Source: Antedon mediterranea (lineage: Eukaryota > Animalia > Echinodermata). From it: 64,000 nt of DNA. The notes beneath the pieces are model-generated. The model was not told the origin of the DNA, searched no databases, and saw only the letters and a list, made by a program, of their open reading frames with translations. The position numbers and the translations under genes were made by a program. Positions 13,087-24,800 of the stretch are shown here, piece by piece (the first letter of the stretch is position 1; each line of letters begins with the position of its first letter). The stretch spans positions 23,076,070 through 23,140,069 of the forward strand of contig NC_092671.1 of NCBI RefSeq assembly GCF_964355755.1, written 5' to 3'.

Positions 13087-14359
13087 TTTAATTATCACCT
13101 TTACCCTCTCTCTTTAGGCTATCTAAGGGTAGCCGAGCAAGGGTCCTGGCTAGGCCTAACCTCTCTAGGCCTAGGCAGCAATCACCACTAGTAGTAGTAG
13201 TAGTAGACTACCTAGGCCTACTCTGTTTTCGGTTAGTCCCCTCTGACCCACCTCTGACGGAGGGCTAGATTCGTTGGTTTACATTCAGGCCATAAAACAT
13301 GATTAATAATTGTGATCTTTAATAATTATGGACATTGTATTGAAAATAAACAATGGTGATTTACATCAATTATCTAACTGTTATTTTAGGTGGTGACTGT
13401 TATAGAACAGCAAAAACACCTTGTAAATTTTGATGTACTGATATATATATATTTAACCAAATCTTATTTGCATAGTAGAGAATTAAATTTTTACCAAATC
13501 AAATACGGTAGTTTTCAAGCGTACCATGCTCTATATATTACTATACAGTTTTACGCATCGACTTACTAGAAATAATTTTACTACAGCACTTTGTCATTTT
13601 ATTATGTGCTTGCTGTATATATTTTTAGAATTTAATAAAGTTTTACCAATTAGATCAGCAATTGTTTTTAACACAGATTCAATATACTGTAATAACTTTA
13701 ACACTAACATTTTTTTTTCTATAGTTGTGTTGTGTGCTAAATTATATGACATGTATTGGTGCTATTGTACAATGCAGTATTGGTTACTTCTGATATTAAA
13801 AGGTTTTTCAAGATTTTGAAAATGTTTGTGTTTCTGTTTTTTAGTCTTTAAAAAAGTGAACCATTCAGTGGGATATTTTGTAAATGTGCAGTTTTTTTTA
13901 GAATTTGTTCCGGTATATTGAAATTAATGTTAATTGCTTTGTAATTTTTCCTTTGTTTGATTGCAATGTCACTTCATGCTAATATAACAGTTTTTGAAGA
14001 AGTTGGTCACAACAGCTGCTCCCCATCATACCGAACAAAATGTGGCATAATATGGGGTGATCCAATGTCAGACATTAGTAGGCCACATAACTAGCGTAAA
14101 AACATGCATGTGTTAAATATTAAAATACGACAACCAAAAATAAAACAGATAAACTACATTTTAGAAAATACTGTAACAATGTGTTTTATTAACATGTAAA
14201 AGTTACAGCTATTTAAATAATAGTGTACTGCATTTATGTACAATGGGACACAATTAACATGATACTGCATTTGGTAAATCCTAGTACTATAGATATTTAC
14301 AACTGTATGATACTTTTACCAAAGTTAAATAAAATGGGTGGTTCACAAAATATTATATA

Positions 14360-15272
14360 ATATAAGTTATGGAGTATAATACATGCAGTCACAACAACAT
14401 GAATGTGTTGTGAATTTGTATCATTACGCTTCATAATCGACCTCCATCTTCCTATTCGTCATGCCAAACGTGTGCTCAACTATTATGCGTGTACGGGACA
14501 ATCTCTCATTAAAACGTTTTTGGGATGGGTTAGCCAAACCTTCGGGATATTGCTTTATTAGAAATTTTGATAGTGGATAGGCAGAATCGCCAAGCAATAA
14601 AATGGGGATTTCTTCATTATCAATTGTTTTGTTAAGGGTAGAATGTTCCTTCTTTCAGCCGTTTAAATAATCTGGACGATTCATACACATATGCATCATG
14701 ACACTTGCCAGGATGGCCAACATCGAAGTCTATAAGTGCAATTATTGGGATGTGTGAACCATCTATGTCCCCACCACACATGGGAAAACCGAACTTGCGT
14801 TAAAAAATGTCCAACATCCGTCATCACCTTTAGGGCGTTTAACATATATAGATTCCTCATATGCAGTTGTTCTCCTAACACCAAACAGGTTCCCTATAGT
14901 TCTAAAGCATTCGCCGGTTGCCAAACGATAGATCGTCATCGATACTAGCTTCACTATGCTGATAGGTTGTCTCATCCGGGTGGTCGATCGTACAATATGT
15001 GGATGCAGCTGATTACACAGTAGATGGAATGGTCCCCTCGTCATTCTGAAATTTTCATACCATTGATGGTCATCATATTGCTTTAAGCAGTCAATGTCCC
15101 ACCATTGGTTGCTGCGGTTCCTCCTCCAAATGGTGGCTGCAGGTGCACACATAGCAGACACTATACTTCTATCAGTTAATATTATTAATATTGTTAATTG
15201 TAAAAGCACAGTATTACTAGATTGATATTTTATTTTATAAGGGAGTAAAATAATAAGGACAATTAAATTCAT
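14360..15272 (-). pseudogene. PIF/Harbinger (HARBI1-like) DDE transposase, frameshifted and deleted
   Basis: ENFRMTR, YRLATG...IGNLFGV, IDGSHIPI, HDA, LLGDSAYP, IVEHTFG and ACIILHNL motifs. Convergent with the Myb gene. Confidence 0.88.
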
Positions 15273-15295
15273 AAACCTAAAGTCAAAATTTCAGT

Positions 15296-15520
15296 GAGTG
15301 AGTGAGTGTGGCCGAGCGGTTAAGACAGTGGAACCATAATCCATTGCCATAACATCGGCAAGGGTTCGAGGCTCACTTGCTCCATGGTTCTGGTGGTAGA
15401 ACAAGTCTTCTCGGATAATGACTATAAACCGTAGGTTTAGTGTACATCTGGCTCATGTGCACTTTAAAGAACCTAGTACATCTTTTGAAACGAGTAGGGG
15501 GTTACCCCGGTGTACTAGTT
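15296..15520 (+). mobile_element. tRNA-derived SINE with Deu/Nin-like core, 3'-truncated
   Basis: A box tggccgagcggttaag, B box ggttcgaggctc, core tctcggataatgactataaaccgtagg. A second copy lies at 50776-51084. Confidence 0.85.
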
Positions 15521-16047
15521 CATACACACACTGTCATGGACAGACGTAATGGCGCTGTAGTTGGCTGCTGATGACACGATGAGACCCTTAGGGGAGAAGA
15601 ATGTTGTTGAAAAGATGTAACATCTAAGTTCACAGCGCCTTTGATCACTTGTTGCTGGAATTGGCGCTTTACAAATTCGTATATATTATTAAAATAAATG
15701 ATACAGTACACAGGTGAAACAAATGTTGGTACAATTTGAAATGTGCGTGACTTTACCCAACAAATAATTTATGTAGAAGTGTAGGCTCACCGAACAATAC
15801 ACACTATACTTTTCTTTAGACGGAACATGTTATTGTTAGCCATACCTAGTCCTACTACCTAGCACCACCATTTGTGTATTTTATAAATTATATAGGCTAG
15901 GTTAGAGAGGGCCTAGGCCCCCATATTAGCCAAGCCTAGCTAGGACTATGCCCTAGCCTAACTTAGTAGTATGCTAGTAGACCCAAATAGCTAGGCTAGG
16001 CCTAGTAGTAGTAGAGTAGTAGGGTTCTATCCTAGGCCCTACATAGG

Positions 16048-16337
16048 CAGGCCCGTATCCAGACGCACCCCCCTAAGTCCCAAAAGGTCCACTATTTCTT
16101 CAGTTGGTATTTTTTCATGTCTTGTTTAACTAAAGACAATATCATTATATATATACAAAATTTATATTATCAATGGTATACAAACAAAAATATGTTAACT
16201 AGCCCAAGCCACAACAAAGAGTACAACAGTATTTAGAACAGCAAATAACGCAAATTTTGCCAGGCCTTCGGCCCTTTGGCCCCCAGCCATTGTTGCTCAC
16301 ACCCCCTTCCCCATTATAAATGCTGCATATGGGCCTG
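16048..16337. mobile_element. 290-bp MITE
   Basis: TIR caggcccgtatccag / ctgcatatgggcctg with a 5-bp duplication atagg on both sides. Confidence 0.75.
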
Positions 16338-17862
16338 ATAGGCTAGTAGAGAGGCCTTTTTTTTTTATCACTGCCTACTAGGCCTAGGTAGGCCTATACT
16401 AACATTTTTAGTAGGCAAGCAGCGATCAAAAACATAAAAATTCGTACTATTATTGACATAACTTACAGATTCCAGAGATTAGAATTGTTATATATTTATA
16501 ATAGCCTCCGATTTGGTTCGTTGTTGTTCAATGATGATTGATCTGATCAGGCCAAATCGCTGTCTCCTGCTGTCACTTCTTCGTCTGATAACATGGGGTG
16601 CAATGCGAATGTCTTCATCATCGGGCATAGCTCTAGCCCTTTGATGTTGACGAGAATGATGTTGACGAGAATGATGTTGGATTCGATTGTTGTTAGGCAT
16701 CAACAAGTCGTTCAAAATGTCATACAAATCAGCTATGCTGCACAAAAGCAGGCAACCGACAGTAGACACGATGAAAGAAAAGAAAATTGTGTAATGATGA
16801 GCAGAATAAAAGCAGTATAAACAATCAAAAGCCAAAACCCAGAAAGAAAGAACAACAAAGCGAAAACGCTTGAATTGTTCGAAGTGTCAGGTCACATTGA
16901 TTGAAAAGTTGAATATAGACACAGCCCAAGCTTGTGGTAAAAATTGTCAAAAATAAGATTAAGACATGCTTTCAAGCTAGTCAAATCAAAGATTTTTCAG
17001 CCTATGGACGATTCGACCAGAGACATTTTTTTTTACGGTCACAACTTTAGTTTTAGGCAGAACAAAATTGACAGTATGACTATGTATAAAATACTATTGC
17101 AGAGGAAAAACTGAATTTTCTATTGTTTATATCCAGACATAATTAAAAAAAATTTAATTGCCACTGTGCAAAATTATAGGCCCTAACCAGTTTAGGCCAA
17201 GCCCGCATCACTCATCAGTCGTGATCTGCCGCTCGACTCTCCAGGAAATTTCCCGTCGCGAGAAGCATGATGCTGGTCTCAAATATGGTGGATTGATCAT
17301 CGCTAAATTAATAGCTTGAAAACAGGTTTAAGCGTTTTTAGGTGAATTTTTATTCAATTATGTTATACTTGCCTGATGAATCTTTTGGCCATTGCTGTAA
17401 ATCAGTAATAAGTTGTGATGCGTCCATTTAAAAGTGTGTGCAATTATTATAGACCTAGTAGTAAACATCTATAAAAACCCTTTAACTAAGACAACTTGTG
17501 GTATGTGCCTTAGAGACGTTCTTCTCCAGAGTGAGATTGTCATAAACAAAATTGAGTCCATTAATTATTAGGTGTTAACTATTTACGAACATATTAAGCA
17601 TGTCGATTATTGATTGATAATCTCGTATTCCATACTTATGATCGTAATCATCGTACTAAATACACATGATTTAATGTGTTAGGAAAAAGTTTGCTGTTTA
17701 TAATGCACACTGTTAACAACTGTGGATATACTTGATTGTACTGTATACAAAACATGCATAGTAAAACAGAAAATGTCTGGCCTCTTAAACCTATTAATTA
17801 ATTAGATGGAGCCAAGAAAGATAACACTAATCTCTAAACAATGCTTAAAATAAAAACCTTAC

Positions 17863-17936
17863 TTGCTTCATAGACTTTGTAAATGTTATCACAGTCCATA
17901 TACTGAGCAAACCCGTCATCAAAAAATACCAAAAAT
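17863..17936 (-). CDS. SETDB1: SETDB1-like exon (FLVFFDDGFAQYMDCDNIYKVYEA)
   Basis: tttctcAG|...|GTaagg, 74 nt, phase 2 to 1. Matches SETDB1 RFLIFFDDGYASYV. Confidence 0.92.
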
Positions 17937-18671
17937 CTGAGAAATATAGATTAAAATACAAGAAATTAAATATTACATTCTTAATTTGGAGATGCAGCGA
18001 AACAATATTTCTGGAAAACTAATGGCCGACATAATCCGCCAATATGAAAGGATAGAAAAGACAGTCTATTATAACAAATTCATTGGCATGCACAAACACC
18101 AATCTTGTTGCATCTTGGAATCAACAAAGGCCTAGGCTCTGAAGTGTATTACCATGTTATCAAAGTTTTACAAGGATTTTAACTGTTTTCAGATATATTT
18201 CTATATCTTTGCAAATTTATCAATGGAATAAACACTATAATTACAAGTCAGAGAGTGTGTAGGACATCAAGATTATCAAAAAACACCTCCTTTTGGTGAG
18301 TCAGTAACAGAGTATACACTACTTGCATAGTAGATTTTTAACTTTTAATAGAAATTCTATGAAAATGCTTGGTTTATTTTAAGCGATGTTCTATTGGGTT
18401 GTTACTCAAAGCGCGCAGTTTACGTTTATTCAAATAAATACAGTAAGACCAAAACAATTAAAGAGAAAGATTTCATCTTCTAAATCATCTTCTTTTTAGA
18501 AGTAATTTATGTGCTTTTATTTTTATTGCTACTTTGATATCTTCCTTGAGACAACTGGCATGATTTAATATCAGTATATAGTCTATTATTTATTAAAAGC
18601 TTTGTGAATTTTTAACAAAATTAAGGTCGGTAATTAGTAAAGTTCTTTCTGATGACACATGATTAACTCAC

Positions 18672-18762
18672 TTATGTTTATTGTAAGGTAATGGAGTTTC
18701 TGCAATAATCCCAGCATATAGGCATTGTTTCATAGTACTATCAGCATCATTGTCATATTTAG
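18672..18762 (-). CDS. SETDB1: SETDB1-like exon (AKYDNDADSTMKQCLYAGIIAETPLPYNKHK)
   Basis: ttttatAG|...|GTgagt, 91 nt, phase 1 to 2. Matches SETDB1 AKY...LYAGIVAETPNVKNK. Visible as the tail of ORF 18668..18904. Confidence 0.92.
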
Positions 18763-19227
18763 CTATAAAAAAAATGTATAACTTAATAAAAGTGAGATAC
18801 AAAACTTTGATAACAAACACAACTGAATCTTCTGTTAGACAGAATGAACAGTTCAGATTTTTACCACCAATCAAATCTGTTTGACAATCAAACTGTATAT
18901 TCATAAGCTAGAGCAGTTCCACAACATGCTTTTCCAGCAAAGCCAGGGTGTTGCCACTCTGGTTTTGACCATTAACAGTCCCATAGCTAGGGGATTTTAT
19001 GGTTCAAGGGAACTCACCATTTACAGCAAACCCGCACCCATGATATGTCCATTACCCATTTCTGACAATTTAGTAATCGTTATGCCTTTTTCTAGATTGA
19101 CGATGACTGACGATGACAAACAATGCTATGCAGCAGGGAAGCGTACCCAACAGAAATAATTATTAGATTCATTCTACGTCTGTATTGAAAATTCCACAAA
19201 TATTAATGAATTATCATGTATAATTAC

Positions 19228-19345
19228 CAATAATCCTACTGCCTACACAAAGTTCTTTCCAATTCATTTTATTCTTCAGAGCAATATGTTTACATGATAA
19301 TATTCCACGACTTCCTTTCCTATCAAACTTCACTTTCACTTTTAC
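19228..19345 (-). CDS. SETDB1: SETDB1-like exon (VKVKVKFDRKGSRGILSCKHIALKNKMNWKELCVGSRII)
   Basis: tgtacAG|...|GTaatt, 118 nt, phase 0 to 1. Matches SETDB1 [20 protein letters not shown]...LYVGSRVV. Confidence 0.9.
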
Positions 19346-19472
19346 CTGTACAATATATATTTTTTTACAAAATGTTAAAAGAAATATTAATAAAATTATT
19401 ATAAGAGACTGTTAGAAATATAATAGGTGTCAAAACATTGTTATGTAAGAAGTACATTGTTCCAGTCAGCCT

Positions 19473-20515
19473 TGTTACAACCGCTAATGTAGAAAACGAC
19501 AGCTAATGTCGAAACAGTAAAACCTCCAGCTTGTGTAGTAAATACAAAATCAACACCAGCTAATGTAGAACGGTCAACAGATAATGTAGTAACGAAAATT
19601 GCCTCCTAGCTAATGTAGTTTTACTATTGCCAGCTAATGTAGCAAAATATTATATATTTTACAAACCTATGTAGACTAGTAAAATCATGTGCAAATGCAT
19701 CTCTTAACTTAGTTATCAGTCTATCCACCTCTTGTAAGTGACCTTTACTTAGTTATCAGTCTATCCACCTCTTGTAAGTGACCTTTACTTAGTTATCAGT
19801 CTATCCACCTCTTGTAAGTGACCGACTTTTAAAACATCTCGTAAGTGACCACCTCCCAAAAAAACAGATCGTACATCGTAAGCAATCACCCTCGTTAGCG
19901 ACCACCTCTATTGAAGGGACCGCTTCTTATAATCGACCAATTCTTGTATTAGCGAACATTTCTCTTAAGACTACACCTCTCGTAAATGACCACCTTTTTT
20001 AAAGGACCACCACCTCTCTCTTTACGTATCAATCAATCAATCTATCCCCCTCTCGTAGGCAACCACCTCCTTAAAACCAATACACATCATAAGCAGCCAC
20101 CTCTCTTAAGAGTCCGCTTCTTATATTGACAACATCCCGTAACGACCACCTCTCGTAAGTGACCACCTCTATTGAAAGACCACCTCTTTTTAAGGACCAC
20201 CTCATAAGCGACCACTTCTCTGTGCTTGTTAAGAGAAGTCAATTATGAAAAGCAGTCCCTTACAAGAGTTGGTTGTCACTTAAGAGAGGTGGTCATTAAA
20301 TAGAGGTGGTCGCTAACGAGGGTGGTTGCTTATGATGTATGGTCGCTTACAAGATGGCCGCATTTTACGAGATAGCTAAGTAAAGAGCTGCATTTAGACA
20401 TAGGTTTGTAAATATATAATATTTTTTACATTAGCTGGGGATAGTAACTACATCAGCTGGGAGGAAATTTTCATTACTACATTATACCTGTTAACCGTTC
20501 TACATTAGCTGGTGT
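19473..20515. repeat. Foldback-like repeat with long inverted arms and an internal 40-bp x3 tandem (19707-19823)
   Basis: 20395-20515 is the reverse complement of about 19554-19675. gaccacctct sub-repeats flip to agaggtggtc after about 20225. Confidence 0.75.
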
Positions 20516-20516
20516 A

Positions 20517-20670
20517 TAAGATTTTTTAGCGTATTGTGCATGATGGTTTGTCATCACATGTTTCTAATGCTTTAAGTCCTAGGCAGCATGGATTTGTCTC
20601 GGGAAGATCATGTCAAACCAACCTCGCACTGCTTCTTACTACATCATACGATGCAATTAACAGCAAGAAG
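20517..20670 (+). mobile_element. CR1-like LINE RT, part 1
   Basis: LSPRQHGFVSGRSCQTNL...AINSKK, interrupted at 20670. Confidence 0.85.
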
Positions 20671-21721
20671 CAGTGGCGTATCCAGTTGGGGGCCGGGGGC
20701 CCGGGCCCCCCTGATTTCGTTTCCGTCGGCACATCATCTCGGCCGTCGGAAAACAAAGGTGCCGGGAAAAAAATAAACTATTTATTCTGACAATAATTGA
20801 ACTGTAAACATAATTCTTTTGAGTGTTTGTTTATTTACATATCATATCATTGATCCCTTCAGATCAACTATTTTTTATTTTCATTACATCTAACGAAACA
20901 CGTAAAAAATGCCGTACGCGGTAGATTGTTTACTCAAAAGTCTTTGACCTTACCCTATTCAACCTTCTTTTTGCATGCAGTTGAGCCTCTCATGACCTGG
21001 GATTTGTATGTCTTCCTACGCTAAGATTATATAGTTCCACATGCCATGTGCTTTTTTGTCTAAGATATATTTATTATAAGTTCCAAAAACCCGTTTTTTT
21101 CTCGATATGAGGCCTTTATTATACAAAATTTTTAAAGAAAAAGCACATATACCATAAAAAATATCCATGTATTTCATTTTTGGAACAGAATATTCCGTGA
21201 GGCTCAACTACAAAACCACCATTTTGTGATATGATGTCATCGTAACCCAATCAAATCTGAGCTTTCTCGCGATTGGCATTGCTCACGGTTGAATGATTTT
21301 GGATTCTAGCTGATTTGATTGGTGGATGCGAATCATCCGCAGCGGAATGTTTTTTCTCGCGCGTGTACCATGAATCTCTCTGATCGTTACTACACAAAGT
21401 TAGAGCAATAAATTTGCCCGAATTCCGTTAAGTAAACAACTTTATATATTTTATAAGCATTTAATAACATGTTTTATTACACAAACCAACAGTGGTGTTG
21501 GTAGTCTATAAGTGCCGCTTACCTGGATAAACCAACATAAGCCTCTCTCTCCGACGAGAGGTAAACATTACGAAAAGAAGAACATTAATAACATTAATTT
21601 TTCCCCACCCCCGGCGGATAATGGATCAGTCCGCCACCAGTACGCCCTCAAGTGAGACACACCCACTTATCATCGTCATCATTTCTCAAGACCACCTGCC
21701 TGAGGGGACGGTAGGGAGGGC

Positions 21722-21819
21722 GTTTATCCAGGTAAGCGGCACTCATAGACTACCAACACCACTGTTGGTTTGTGTAGTCTATATCGTGCCTAGCTTACCT
21801 GGATAAACCAACATAAGCC
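21722..21819. other. DIRS internal complementary region (ICR)
   Basis: The first half is the reverse complement of the element end at 21479-21532 and the second half is the reverse complement of 26504-26547, joined at about 21775. Confidence 0.92.
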
Positions 21820-21881
21820 AGTGTAGCACCGGACTAGAGTCTAGTCGGAGGCGGGAGGCAAGGTAACATTGTTATACATAC

Positions 21882-24800
21882 CTAGTGTCTGGGCTTCAAG
21901 ATTGAAGCCGCCACCGTAGACTGGTTTGCGGAGGTATCCGACAGGTAGTGGGATGTGAAGGTGGACTGTGATCGCCACCATGCCGCTTGCAGGATGTCTG
22001 GGAGGGGCACTCCAGCAAACAGCGCCCATGAAGCGGCTATGCCACGCACTTGGTGCATATGTGCCGGAGGAGGCGTATTTGTGGAGTCGTAACCAGCCCG
22101 GATGGCTGCCACGACCCAGTTTGCAAGCGTCGACCGAGCAGCCGGTCGGAAGGGTGCAACTGTCGATACGAACAGATGTGACGCTGAGACCCGAATGGAC
22201 TCTGTGCGTTTGATGTAAAACTTTAGTGCCCGCACTGGGCACCAAAGTCTGTCTTCCTCAACCCCTGAATATGCAGCAATGGTGGGAATAAACACAGTCG
22301 GCGGCGAGAAGTTCAATGTCTGAGATTTTGCAAGGAAATCTTTTCTGAAAACTAACCGCGCGCCACCCCGTTCAAACCTGATGTGCCCTGGCTCCAGAGA
22401 AAGAGCGTGCAGTTCACCTCTGCGCTTGCACGAGGCTAGTGCAATCAAAAAGGCAGTTTTGAGAGACAGGTTGTAAAGCGATGCCCTACTCAGGGGCTCG
22501 AAGGGTGGACGCATAAGAGCGGCTAGGACAACATTGACGTCCCAACGTGGAATCAGGGCCTTAGTAGGAGGCCGTTCTCGAAACATCCCGCGAAGCAAAC
22601 TAGAAATTGCAGGGGATGAAGAGATGGTCGAGCCGTCTTCAAAGTTCGGAATTACTGCACCCAAGGCAGACCGATAGCCGGATATGGTGCGAATCTGCAG
22701 ACCTGACTCAAACAGATAATGTAGGAATGCGCAGACCTGGCCCAAAGTGATTTTCATTGGGTCGGTCTTCTGGCGCTTGCACCATTTGAAGAAGTGTTTT
22801 AATTGGCTATTGTAGACAGCAAGAGTGGATTCCCGTCGGGATTTCGCCGCGAGGGCGGCCGGGCCATCTGGAATGCCTGAGTCTCTGAAGCGATCCCTGA
22901 CAATGGCCATACAGTCAGGTCGAGGGATATGAGGTTTGGTAGAGCAAACCGAGCTCGGCCCTGCGTCAGCAAGTCGTTCCGAATCGGAAGACGTAACGGC
23001 TGATCGTACAGAAGGCCTAGTAGCAGTGGAAACCACAGCTGCCTGGGCCAATACGGCGCTATTAGTAGGACTCGGCATTGATGGCGCTGAATGTGCGTCA
23101 GGACCAGTGGCAGTATTGAAATCGGTGGAAAAGCATATGCCCAAAGGTTGTCCCATGGTATGGACAGGGCATCCACCGCCCACGCATGTGCATCCCGATA
23201 TCGACTGCAGAACGTCGGGAGCTGCGTGTTGCCTGACGTCGCAAACAGATCTACATGGGGCCGCCCAAAGTGGTTGAAGATTTGGGTGGAGATTATTGGA
23301 AGGAGACGCCATTCCGTGGGACGTAGAAGTGGACGGGACAGTGCGTCCGCCACTATGTTCAGACGACCCGCAATGTGGGCCACTGACAGTTGGATGTTGT
23401 GTCTTGTACACCACATTAGCAACGTCCACGTGTGGCAACATAGCGTGGGGGACCGTGTGCCCCCTTGCCTGTTTATGTATGCCACAACGGTTGTGTTGTC
23501 GGAATTGACGAGAACATGGCGATTTGCCAGATGGGGAAGAAGAGCCTCCAACGAGCGCTCGACTGCCCAAAGTTTGAGCAGGTTGATGTGGGCGCGCGTC
23601 TCCTCGGGCGACCAGAGGCCGGAGACGCGAATGTCCGGAGACGGTATGTGACCGCCCCAGCCTACTTCGGATGCGTCCGTTTCCACACGGACATCCGGAA
23701 TTGACCTTTGTATAGGTGTTCCCACAAGTAACCTGTCTTCCACGAGCCACCATTCGAGATGCGAGATAATGAACGCATTCGTTGGAACCACTTTGTATAG
23801 AGGGTCTGATTTCGGGCGGTAAGCTGCCAGAAGGTGCAGATGTAGAGGCCGCATCCTCAACCGGCAGAACGGAACGAGGGCGACGAAGCTGGCTAGTGAC
23901 CCTAAGGTGCGTAGCCAGTCGTACGCCGTCGGAGCCTGAGCATTGATAAGATGTAGCACTGCAGTTCTTGCCTTGGCCACACGCTCGATGGATGGGCACG
24001 CACGGCCCGTAACAAAATTTATTTGGGCTCCGAGATACAGAGGGTTCTGAGAAGGAAGAAGACATGACTTTTCCTCGTTTATTATGAACCCTGCTTGTTC
24101 CGTCACGAGGCGGACAAAAGATAAGCTGTTTAACAGCTGGTCCCTGGACTGGGCCACGATCAACCAATCGTCTAAGTACACGTGTTGATGGAAGAACGCC
24201 GCCAGGGTTCTCACTAGACGAGTAAACACTCGTGGGGCCGTTGAGAGGCCGAACGGCAGAGCTACGAATTGGTATACCTGATCGTGAATGCGGAAGCGCA
24301 GCCAACTCTGGTGCTCTTGCACAATAGGCACGTGAAAGTAAGCGTCTTTCAAGTCTATTGTGGCTGCCCAGTCCCCTCGTCTTAGCCCCAACAGGATAGA
24401 TGAGACAGTCTCCATCCTGAACCTGCGTGGCCGGATGTACCGCTTGTTCAGACTTTTGAGGTTTAGGATGGGTCGCCAATCGCCCGATTTTTTCTGGGCG
24501 AGGAAAACGGTGGATTCGTGTCCCGGGATCGTAAGTTGTTCTTTTTGAACATGCACCACAGCTCCTTTCTGGAGCAGTGCTTCGAGGCCCGTCATGAGCG
24601 CGAGGGGGGTGTGAAGCCTGTCTTGACGTAGAAGCCTGGCTTTGCATAGGCTGAGCTGGTGGCGGCGGGGGAGGCTGCATCTGCTGAGGAGCAGCAGGGA
24701 CTGGCGGCGGTCGTGCGGCTGTCCTTGAGCGTGAATTGCTAGCCCGACGTTTTTGCGGGAAGCGCGCTCTGGTCTCCCGACGAGCTTCCCTCTCACGAGC

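Noticed and set aside
15300-15380. tRNA genes here, at about 51010-51084 and at 29985-30072
   Set aside because: A and B boxes are present but I could not form a proper cloverleaf, and they continue into SINE bodies.
20536-20790. ORF as a single protein
   Set aside because: CR1 RT fragment reading through into the inserted hAT-type terminus.
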